Positions 41,979 through 49,247 of a DNA stretch of 64,000 nucleotides are shown here, one piece after another; positions within the stretch are counted from its first letter, which is position 1, and each line of letters opens with the position of its first letter. The DNA lies in NCBI GenBank assembly GCA_963843375.1, contig CAWJKT010000010.1, forward strand, positions 96,001 through 160,000, written 5' to 3'. The position numbers and the translations under genes were made by a program. Below the pieces are notes generated by a model. That model searched no databases. It was not told the origin of the DNA and worked only from the letters and a program-made list of their open reading frames with translations. The DNA comes from an uncultured Pseudomonadota bacterium (lineage in GTDB: Bacteria; Oederibacteriota; Muellerivitia; Muellerivitales; Muellerivitaceae).

Positions 41979-42046
41979 TAAACGTTAAATGATTCTAAAA
42001 CAATATGATTCGCATCAGGTTGGGATAAAACTACCGGGGTGAAGCG

Positions 42047-42709
42047 ATGACCGCCGTAACTAATGGAATGACCGTTTATACCGCCAAACAGGAAATGGCC
42101 AACTGCTTAACGGCTGGAATGGGAGTTGTCTTGGTTGGTGCAGGAACCATCTTTTTGATCGTTTTAGCCTGTCTTGAGGGAAATGCCTGGCATGTCGTAA
42201 GTTTCAGTATTTATGGCGGAACACTAGTCCTGCTTTACTTGACAGCCACCCTTTACCACAGCTTCCGATCGCCTGGGGTTAAAAGGTTTTTTGAAAAACT
42301 GGACCATTCGGCGATATTCCTCCTGATAGCCGGCACTTATACCCCTTTCACCCTGGTAATTTTAAGAGGTGCCTGGGGCTGGTCACTTTTCGGGATAGTT
42401 TGGGGGATAAGCCTTTTGGGAATTGTTTACAAACTCTTATTCACCGGACGTCACCGGGTTTTTTCAACCCTTCTCTATATTGGCCTAGGTTGGATGGCGC
42501 TTTTGGCCTTTAAGCCCCTGATGTCCGCCCTTTCTATCAGAGGAATGATTTTGTTGTTCTTGGGTGGAGTCAGTTACAGTTTCGGGACGGTTTTTTACCA
42601 CCGAAAAAATTTTTATTACAGTCATGCGATTTGGCACCTTTTCGTCTTGACCGGAAGCCTCTTCCATTACTTTGCGATTTTGTATTACGTTTTGCCCACG
42701 AAAGTTTAA
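42047..42709 (+). CDS. Hemolysin III / PAQR family membrane protein (TrhA-like)
   Basis: TLYH, DHSAIFLLIAGTYTP, HAIWHLFV; 7 TM. Confidence 0.93.
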   Translation: MTAVTNGMTVYTAKQEMANCLTAGMGVVLVGAGTIFLIVLACLEGNAWHVVSFSIYGGTLVLLYLTATLYHSFRSPGVKRFFEKLDHSAIFLLIAGTYTPFTLVILRGAWGWSLFGIVWGISLLGIVYKLLFTGRHRVFSTLLYIGLGWMALLAFKPLMSALSIRGMILLFLGGVSYSFGTVFYHRKNFYYSHAIWHLFVLTGSLFHYFAILYYVLPTKV

Positions 42710-42733
42710 CCTCTAAAATATTTTAACTTTTGT

Positions 42734-43431
42734 TTGAAAGACAATTTCTTGATCGCCGTCGCGAACCCTTCTCCCCGCTGTTTGTTCGTTTATCCCCATT
42801 TTACTTCCCAGTCCTTTTGGAATTACCGAGCCACCTGTGAGGTGGTAGGTGCCAAATATCCCACAGCCCCCCTAGGACTTATCACCGTGGCAGCCATGCT
42901 TCCCCCGGAATGGGAAATTAGGCTTAGCGACCTGAATGCGGAGGAACTGGACGTACGGGATGTGGAATGGGCCGACATTGTTTTTCTTGGGGGAATGATT
43001 GCTCAACAGCCTGATCACTTATACCTCATCGATTATTTCAAATCCTTGGGGAAAATAGTTGTCGTGGGAGGCCCGACGCAACATCGAGTCCCCGCCTTTA
43101 CGATAAGGCCGACTATCTTGTGCTTGGGGAAGCCGAGGTGACAATGCCCCTATTCCTAGCTGATTTCGCCAAAGGTAAAGCCGGACATTTTTACGAAACA
43201 GGTGGTTTGAAAGCAATTATGGCTGACGGTCCAATGCCTCGTTTCAAACTGCTGAGGTTCGACAACTATCTCCATGTGGGAATCCAATGGAACCGAGGAT
43301 GCCCCTTCATGTTCAAATTTTGCGACATCATCGAGCTATTCGGACGGATTCCGCGTGGAAAAAGTGTGGATAAGGTGCTGGAGGTTGCATATATTACGGG
43401 TTGTTGCGATTTTACCGATTCTTTTGTGTGA
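42734..43431 (+). pseudogene. Truncated B12-binding radical SAM protein
   Basis: PLGLITVAAMLP and VVVGGP (cobalamin domain). RGCPFMFKFC lacks the middle Cys. Homology stops about 20 aa later, just before the MFS gene. Confidence 0.8.
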
Positions 43432-43449
43432 TTGAAGAATGGAGGGGAG

Positions 43450-44706
43450 ATGGAAGAGCAACCTGTAAAGTTGTACTCGTACAGATGGGTAGTGCTCGCG
43501 GTGTTCATGCTCATAAATGTCATGGTTCAAGTGCTGTGGATCTGTTACGCGCCTATCGCAACGCTGGCGGCCACCGCCTACGGAGTGAAGCGTGAAGACA
43601 TCGATCTCCTGGCGAACATGTTCATGCTTATCTACATCGTTGTCGCTTTCCCGGCGGCCTGGGCAATTGATACTTACGGTTTCAAGAAAGCGGTCGGATT
43701 CGGCGCCTCATTGATGGGAGCTTTCGGACTGCTCCGTGCGCTGTTTCCCACGAATTACACTATGGCGGTGGTGGGATCGATTGGTATATCGGTCGGACAA
43801 CCTTTTCTTTTAAATGCGTTCACCAAATTTGCTGCCCTTTGGTTTCCGCAAAAACACAGAGCAACCATAACGGGCGTCATTTTTCTTGCTGTGTTTTTAG
43901 GTATCGGGCTTGGCGAGGTGCTGGGACCAGGATTGGTTTCTGCCTGCGGTTTTGCAGGAATGCAGCTCATCTATGGAATTGTCTCGGCAGTTTCAGCCTT
44001 GTTGTTCCTTGTTCTGGCACAATCTGAGCCGCCAACACCGGCGAGCCCTCCGGGAGAGGAGGTTCGCGCGCTTGTGCTTGACAGCCTGAAGCAAATCCTA
44101 AAAAACAAAGACGTCTATATCCTCTCTCTCGCGCTGTTCCTGGCCAGCGGCATTGTGAACGGTGTGTTTACCCTGATTGACGGACTCGGAAAGGAGCTTT
44201 CGCTCACTGTAGACCAAGGTGTGCTGCTGACGGCTTTGTTGCTCCTCGGTGGAATCGTCGGTAGTATTGCGATTCCCGCGGTTTCGGACGCCTTAGGACG
44301 TCGGAAGCTGGTGCTGCTCATTTCGGTCTTTCTAGCAGTACCGGCCACGCTCGGTTTGGTGCTCGGGAGAGGCTTCGCATTCGAGATCATTTGTTTCTTT
44401 GTAATGGGCTTCGCGGTCACAGGCGTGACGCCGGTGGCCTATCAATACGGCGCTGAAATCACTTTTCCGGCTCCCGAGGGTACGAGCAATGGGATTTTCG
44501 CCCTGGTCGTACAGGCATCCGGTCTTCTGATAGTCCTGATGGACGCATTCCGGGGAACGTTCCATAACTCCTACATCCCATCGTTTGTAGGCCTCGCGCT
44601 GTTGCTGGGGGGAGCAGCCTTCCTCATGCTATCACTCTCCGAGTCCCCGAAGATGGCTCGATCATCGATAGCCGCTGAGTCGGAAGTAATATCAGACGGA
44701 CTGTAG
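43450..44706 (+). CDS. MFS transporter
   Basis: YRWVVL, 12 hydrophobic segments, GQPF..N, WFP..RAT, SDALGRRK. Confidence 0.92.
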   Translation: MEEQPVKLYSYRWVVLAVFMLINVMVQVLWICYAPIATLAATAYGVKREDIDLLANMFMLIYIVVAFPAAWAIDTYGFKKAVGFGASLMGAFGLLRALFPTNYTMAVVGSIGISVGQPFLLNAFTKFAALWFPQKHRATITGVIFLAVFLGIGLGEVLGPGLVSACGFAGMQLIYGIVSAVSALLFLVLAQSEPPTPASPPGEEVRALVLDSLKQILKNKDVYILSLALFLASGIVNGVFTLIDGLGKELSLTVDQGVLLTALLLLGGIVGSIAIPAVSDALGRRKLVLLISVFLAVPATLGLVLGRGFAFEIICFFVMGFAVTGVTPVAYQYGAEITFPAPEGTSNGIFALVVQASGLLIVLMDAFRGTFHNSYIPSFVGLALLLGGAAFLMLSLSESPKMARSSIAAESEVISDGL

Positions 44707-44776
44707 CGAAGCCCCTTGGCTAGTGGATAAACGGCGATCAAAGACCTCTTATGCCTTTATTAATGTGGGGTATTAA

Positions 44777-45151
44777 GTGAATCCAGTCCTCAAAAAACTC
44801 CAATTCAAGGGCCAAAGTCCCGTATTGTTGATAGCGGCTCCTGCGGAGTTTCGAAAGATCGCAAAAGATTTCAAGGTCCCACTTCATACCGACCCAAAAG
44901 GGCAATACGAATTTATTCTTTGTTTTGTCACCTCCTTGGCCGAAGGAGAAAAAATATCTAAACGCCTTAAAAAAGCGGTTGGTAAAAAGACCGTTATGTG
45001 GATTGCATATCCCAAGGGAACCTCGAAAAAGTACCACTCTGATTACAACCGAGATACTGGGAACGCACTGATGGAGAAGCGGGGTTTTACAGGTGTTTCA
45101 TTGGTGGCCTTGGATGCGGATTGGTCCGCAATGCGTTTCAAAATATTTTGA
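44777..45151 (+). CDS. Conserved hypothetical protein
   Basis: WIAYPKGTSKKY..DYNRD, VALDADWSAMRF, a recurrent small uncharacterised family. Confidence 0.75.
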   Translation: MNPVLKKLQFKGQSPVLLIAAPAEFRKIAKDFKVPLHTDPKGQYEFILCFVTSLAEGEKISKRLKKAVGKKTVMWIAYPKGTSKKYHSDYNRDTGNALMEKRGFTGVSLVALDADWSAMRFKIF

Positions 45152-45255
45152 TGAACCTGCAATTTATTATTCGGCCATCCCGAACAAAAAATCCATCTAG
45201 AAACAAGCATTTTTCTAATGACAGTTTTGATCACAATGAGGCGAGGAGGATTTAA

Positions 45256-45642
45256 ATGAGGATTAAGCTAAACAGCGTATTCGTAGACGACCAAGAAAAG
45301 GCTCTTAAGTTTTATACAGAAGTCTTGGGTTTTGTTAAAAAAGTTGATTTCCCCGTGGGGACATTTAAATGGTTGACGGTTGTCTCTCCTGAAGAACCAG
45401 ACGGAACACAATTATTGCTTTCGCCGAATGCCAACCCTACTTCAAAGACTTATCAAAAATCAATTTTTGAACAAGGAATACCTACCACCTCATTTGCGGT
45501 GGACGATGTTCAAAAAGAATATGAAAAGCTTAAAAAACTCGGAGTAAAGTTTAGGCAACAACCGGTAAAAATGGGACCGGTAACTCAAGCGGTTTTTGAT
45601 GATACCTGTGGAAACCTAATTCAGATTGCAGAGAAGGAATGA
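45256..45642 (+). CDS. VOC (glyoxalase/bleomycin resistance) family protein
   Basis: VDDQEKALKFYTEVLGF, FAVDDV, FDDTCGNLIQI. GAGGAGG SD. Confidence 0.93.
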   Translation: MRIKLNSVFVDDQEKALKFYTEVLGFVKKVDFPVGTFKWLTVVSPEEPDGTQLLLSPNANPTSKTYQKSIFEQGIPTTSFAVDDVQKEYEKLKKLGVKFRQQPVKMGPVTQAVFDDTCGNLIQIAEKE

Positions 45643-45649
45643 AAGTCTT

Positions 45650-45662
45650 TCCACAACGGGGA
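45650..45662 (+). repeat. 28-bp palindrome family, copy 1 (left half only)
   Basis: TCCACAACGGGGA, 7 nt after the VOC stop, merging into the GGAGG SD of the next gene. Confidence 0.6.
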
Positions 45663-45672
45663 GGGTAAAAAG

Positions 45673-46455
45673 TTGAAAATAATCGGAAAAGAAATATTGG
45701 TAGTGCTGGGACTTATAGTCGCTATAAGCATTCCAGCGTATTTACTCCGACTTCTCTTTAAGTACTACGCTTTGTTTTCGTCCGTCGACCCCTTTGGGAC
45801 TACTTGGAAAGGAGTGTGGATCCTTCAGGCCTCTACCTTGGTGGGCGTTCTCGTGACCGCCCTCTATACGAGCTGGCTGTTCTCCCTAAAACCCTGGCAA
45901 GGATTTGAATTCATGGGATTCAAAAAGCCTGATGGGAAACAAATCCTAGTTGCTTTATTGGCTTCTTTGCCTACCGCTTTGAACATGTGGTATGCCCTTC
46001 ATTCAAGTCCTGGCGCAGCTTTGATTCAGGGTTGGGGACCCCACCTTCTTTTTTCTTTTCTTGGTAACGGGGTTGTCGAGGAAGGCTTTTTTCGCGGCTT
46101 TTTCTACCATTATTTTCGAATGAACCACTCTTTTGAGGGAGCTGCTTTGGGTTCGAGCCTTCTTTGGAGCTTGGCGCATCTGTCAATGTCCAGTGCCTTC
46201 GGCTCTTTTTGGGTCTCCATGATCTTGGCCCTCGTTTTGGGTTTCCCCTTTGCCTACCTTTTTGAAAAAGGGAAGAATGTCCTTTGGGGCTGTATGCTGG
46301 TCCACATGGTTCTTGATTCATCCCAGTTATTCAAAAATCCAGATGGAACCGGTCTTAATTTAGGAAATCTCCAGGTTGTGAGTCTTTTGCTCACCACAGC
46401 CCTTATTTTTATTCTGCCAAGATGGGTTATGAAATCGGATCGATCAATTCAATGA
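45673..46455 (+). CDS. CPBP (Abi/CAAX-like) intramembrane metalloprotease
   Basis: EEGFFRG, WSLAH, H...D motifs; multi-TM. Confidence 0.88.
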   Translation: MKIIGKEILVVLGLIVAISIPAYLLRLLFKYYALFSSVDPFGTTWKGVWILQASTLVGVLVTALYTSWLFSLKPWQGFEFMGFKKPDGKQILVALLASLPTALNMWYALHSSPGAALIQGWGPHLLFSFLGNGVVEEGFFRGFFYHYFRMNHSFEGAALGSSLLWSLAHLSMSSAFGSFWVSMILALVLGFPFAYLFEKGKNVLWGCMLVHMVLDSSQLFKNPDGTGLNLGNLQVVSLLLTTALIFILPRWVMKSDRSIQ

Positions 46456-46458
46456 TAG

Positions 46459-46488
46459 ATGTCCACGACGGGGACCCGTCATGGACAT
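46459..46488. repeat. 28-bp palindrome family, copy 2 (full)
   Basis: ATGTCCACGACGG-GGAC-CCGTCATGGACAT, 3 nt after the CPBP stop. Confidence 0.9.
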
Positions 46489-46533
46489 GGAAATATTAGT
46501 TAATGAGGACTACGTTTTTCGAAGGGAGGCGTT

Positions 46534-47081
46534 TTGAGAAAAAACAAGGCCTTTTCAAATGATCTCGGGACTTTGCCCGTCACTATTTATGGAGGGGTTC
46601 CAGGCGCATTGTCGTTGTTCGGGTTGGGATTTTGCCTGGCATTTATTGTCGTCTTTTTACAAGTAACTGGGGACATTGTTCCCTTGTGGGCATGGCTGCT
46701 TTTTGGTTCCATGTCTTTTTTTATGTTTTTAATGGGAATGGTGATTCTTGAAAACCGCATCCAGGTTAACGAATCGAGTTTGTCCTTGTCCCGCATGCAC
46801 TGGAACCTATTTTCCCCGCCATACTTGAAAATTCCTTGGGCCGACATCCGGAAAATCGATGCCAGCCAAAAGAACATCAAACCCGGCCGATATGGCCCTA
46901 ACCAAATAACGTTGGTCCAAATTTTTCACAGCAGCTCGGAATAACCAGCGGAGATAAACGTAACCTTATTCAAGTCGAATCCCCAATGGCCAGTTATCGA
47001 AAAACCATCCTAGAGAAAGTGGGTGAAGTTCGGATCACGGAATCGGCCGGAAGGATTTTGGGGCGGGCGAGTCTTCATTAG
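46534..47081 (+). CDS. Hypothetical membrane protein (2 TM plus soluble domain; probably frameshifted after 46944)
   Basis: GGAGG SD with TTG start. The ORF stops at 46944, but a coding-like frame continues to TAG at 47081. Confidence 0.55.
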
Positions 47082-47086
47082 AAACT

Positions 47087-47120
47087 TGCCCACGACGGAA
47101 ACCCGTCGTGGACACCTAAA
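47087..47120. repeat. 28-bp palindrome family, copy 3 (full) plus CCTAAA extension
   Basis: TGCCCACGACGG-AAAC-CCGTCGTGGACA-CCTAAA. Confidence 0.9.
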
Positions 47121-47142
47121 TTTAGAATTGTGTACATAATTA

Positions 47143-47170
47143 TTGACATAGTAATAAGAAGCATTATATT
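47143..47170 (+). promoter_or_regulatory. Putative sigma70 promoter of the TA module
   Basis: TTGACA-N16-TATATT. Confidence 0.6.
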
Positions 47171-47211
47171 GAAGGGGTCGAAGGTTTTATAGCTTTCAAG
47201 AAGGTGGTCTT

Positions 47212-47490
47212 ATGCGAGTCGCGGGAGTAAGAGAATTTAGGGATCACGCGCCGGAATTTTTGAGCGGCGACGACCTTGTCTTTGTGACCAAACACGGGAA
47301 GGTTGCCAGCCTTTTGGTTCCGATGTCTAAGTCGCAGGAACTTCCCTTGGAATTGCGGAGGGAGCTTTTAACGAACCTGGGTTCTTCCATTTCAAATCAC
47401 CTCAAAAAATCAGGCGTCACTGAGCGGACGGTAACACATGACTTTGAAACATGGAGAAAAAGCCACCGGGCAAATCGCCGCGGACGCTAA
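47212..47490 (+). CDS. Phd/YefM-like antitoxin
   Basis: MRVAGVREFR...VFVTKHGKVASLLVP; overlaps the downstream PIN gene. Confidence 0.8.
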   Translation: MRVAGVREFRDHAPEFLSGDDLVFVTKHGKVASLLVPMSKSQELPLELRRELLTNLGSSISNHLKKSGVTERTVTHDFETWRKSHRANRRGR

Positions 47491-47869
47491 CGTCCTCCTT
47501 TCCGCCGCAACCGGGAGGGCCGCTCTCAAAGTTTTCATCCATTCCAACCTTGAAGTCATATCCACATCCTTGAACATCAAAGAAGTTTGGGAATATCTTC
47601 CCGTAATGGCCGCGAAATATGGAATAGCCCCTGAACTCATGGAAAGCCAATTTCAATTATTAGCTGTCAGGGAATACGAACTCAGGGATTACCAAGGATC
47701 ATTGGCTATAGCTCGAAGAAAAATTGGAAAACGAGACCCGGATGATATTGATTTGCTGGCTTTATCTCTTGATCTGGGAATACCCCTGTGGTCAAACGAT
47801 GGTGATTTTTCGGGAACCGGCGTTGAATGGTATACCACGGCTCAACTTCTTAAAAAGTTAGAGCTTTAA
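47438..47869 (+). CDS. PIN-domain (VapC-like) toxin
   Basis: ADANVLLSA, RDPDDIDLLAL, LWSNDGDF acidic motifs. Confidence 0.9.
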   Translation: MTLKHGEKATGQIAADANVLLSAATGRAALKVFIHSNLEVISTSLNIKEVWEYLPVMAAKYGIAPELMESQFQLLAVREYELRDYQGSLAIARRKIGKRDPDDIDLLALSLDLGIPLWSNDGDFSGTGVEWYTTAQLLKKLEL

Positions 47870-47877
47870 TATGCGGC

Positions 47878-47902
47878 TTTAGGTGTCCACAACGGGGACC
47901 CG
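47878..47902. repeat. 28-bp palindrome family, copy 4 (left arm, loop and start of right arm) with TTTAGG extension
   Basis: TTTAGGTGTCCACAACGGGGACCCG; 18/20 match to the reverse complement of 47101-47120. Confidence 0.88.
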
Positions 47903-48046
47903 GAATGACAGGCTACTTGTAAGGTTTTACATCTTCATTAAGGGTCATTTGGGCGACGAAAAGGCTACTGGGGCGGGCACTTGTCGCCAAAATGGATTAA
48001 GCATAAAATGCTTTTAATTGTCAGGAAGAAACCAAAAGGCATTGAG

Positions 48047-48346
48047 ATGAAAACAGCCATCCAAATCGACAAAGAAAAAATAGCTGAAATATGCCGAAGA
48101 CACCATATCCAAAGGCTGTCCCTTTTTGGATCGGTCTTGCGGGATGATTTCAAGCCCGACAGCGACGTGGACGTACTGGTGCAATACCAGCCGGGCCAGG
48201 CCGTTGGTTTCGAGGTTTTTGACATCGAAAAGGAACTATCGGACCTGTTTGGCCATGAAGTGGATTTGGTGACTGAAAAATACCTTAATCCACGCCTTCG
48301 GGAACGCGTGCTCAATTCGGCGGAAGTCCAGTATGCAGAGGGATGA
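48047..48346 (+). CDS. Minimal nucleotidyltransferase (MNT) antitoxin
   Basis: FGSVLRDDFKPDSDVD (GS-x10-DxD), VDLV. Own promoter TTGTCG-N17-TAAAAT at 47981-48009. Confidence 0.92.
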   Translation: MKTAIQIDKEKIAEICRRHHIQRLSLFGSVLRDDFKPDSDVDVLVQYQPGQAVGFEVFDIEKELSDLFGHEVDLVTEKYLNPRLRERVLNSAEVQYAEG

Positions 48347-48671
48347 CCGGGTTTATATCGGTCATATGTTAGATACGGCCAAAAAAGCCATCCTGAAAAT
48401 TCAAGGCCGGAAACAAGAAGAGTGCGAAGCGGACGAGGATTTTTGCATCGTCCTGGCCCATTACGTTCAAACTTTCGGGGAGGCCGCCCGACATGTAAGC
48501 CCCGCCTAACAATCCGCTCACCCCAATATTCCCTGGGAAAAAATCATCGGGACGCGCCATAAAATTGTTCACGATTATTTGAGCGTGGATTATGGGGTCG
48601 TCCTGGGGGTTGTCTTCAGGGAATTTCCACCGTTAATCCCCATCTTGGAAAAATACCTGGCCGAGATTTAA
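48333..48671 (+). pseudogene. HEPN/DUF86 RNase toxin with an in-frame stop
   Basis: [46 protein letters not shown]; TAA at 48507-48509 precedes the R-x4-H motif. Confidence 0.85.
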
Positions 48672-48706
48672 ATTCGAGTTTTCGGGCTTATTTTGCCGAA
48701 ACAACC

Positions 48707-48734
48707 TGTCCACGACGGGGACCCGCCTTGAACA
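48707..48734. repeat. 28-bp palindrome family, copy 5 (right arm degenerate)
   Basis: TGTCCACGACGG-GGAC-CCGCCTTGAACA. Confidence 0.88.
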
Positions 48735-48815
48735 AAGAAAAAGAACTGATTTGGCGGTCTGAAATGTGGAGTCTCTCGATTGCGATTTCTGGAAAAAGGT
48801 CGTAGGATTTAGGTC

Positions 48816-49166
48816 ATGCAAAAACTGATTTTGATAATTCAACGAATGGTCTTGGTGTTTGGGTTCTTGGTGTCCCTGGTGCCCTGTTATGCTTGTCAGC
48901 AAGAATCAACCCCTATGAAGGCTTGTTCTATGTGCCACATGGAGCTTCCGATGAGTTGCTGCCATCACTCCAAGCCGACGGATCCCTTGTGCCAAATTGT
49001 GAACCAGCCGGCAGTTACACTTTCCTCAGTAAATCCGTCGATTGCGGCCACTACGGTGACTGCAAAAAGAATATTTCAACCGCCGTATTTGCCGATATTT
49101 AAGGCGGCTCCGGTTATCCAAATCGTTGAATCTCCTCCACGAAGTTCTCCTGTCCTTAGAATCTGA
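48816..49166 (+). CDS. Small exported Cys/His/Met-rich protein with a Pro-rich C-terminus (putative metal-sensing leader)
   Basis: Hydrophobic N-terminus, CSMCHMELPMSCCHH, C-terminus ESPPRSSPVLRI. Promoter TTGCGA-N17-TAGGAT ends 7 nt before the ATG. Confidence 0.7.
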   Translation: MQKLILIIQRMVLVFGFLVSLVPCYACQQESTPMKACSMCHMELPMSCCHHSKPTDPLCQIVNQPAVTLSSVNPSIAATTVTAKRIFQPPYLPIFKAAPVIQIVESPPRSSPVLRI

Positions 49167-49244
49167 TCCATTCCTTTTGCGGTTGTGAAAGCGAAAGCCG
49201 GTTGGCTTCCGCTTAATTGCGCTTTTGCGCTCAAAAGGAGTGGG
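49167..49244 (+). promoter_or_regulatory. SD-sequestering RNA stem
   Basis: TCCATTCCTTTTG (49167-79) pairs with CAAAAGGAGTGGG (49232-44; 2 GU pairs) and covers the AAGGAG 7 nt before TTG 49248. Confidence 0.7.
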
Positions 49245-49247
49245 ACC

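Noticed and set aside
43366..44730. GTGGATAA direct repeat flanking the MFS gene as a target-site duplication
   Set aside because: Only 8 bp, no terminal inverted repeats, and the radical SAM frame does not resume afterwards.
45648..48734. CRISPR array or classical integron attC sites
   Set aside because: The spacers are 0.6-0.8 kb genes, there are no cas or intI genes, and no GTTRRRY/RYYYAAC boxes.
48924..48938. CSMCH as a c-type heme site
   Set aside because: It sits in a short Cys/His/Met-rich low-complexity leader with no cytochrome-like fold. Metal binding is the simpler reading, though heme is not excluded.
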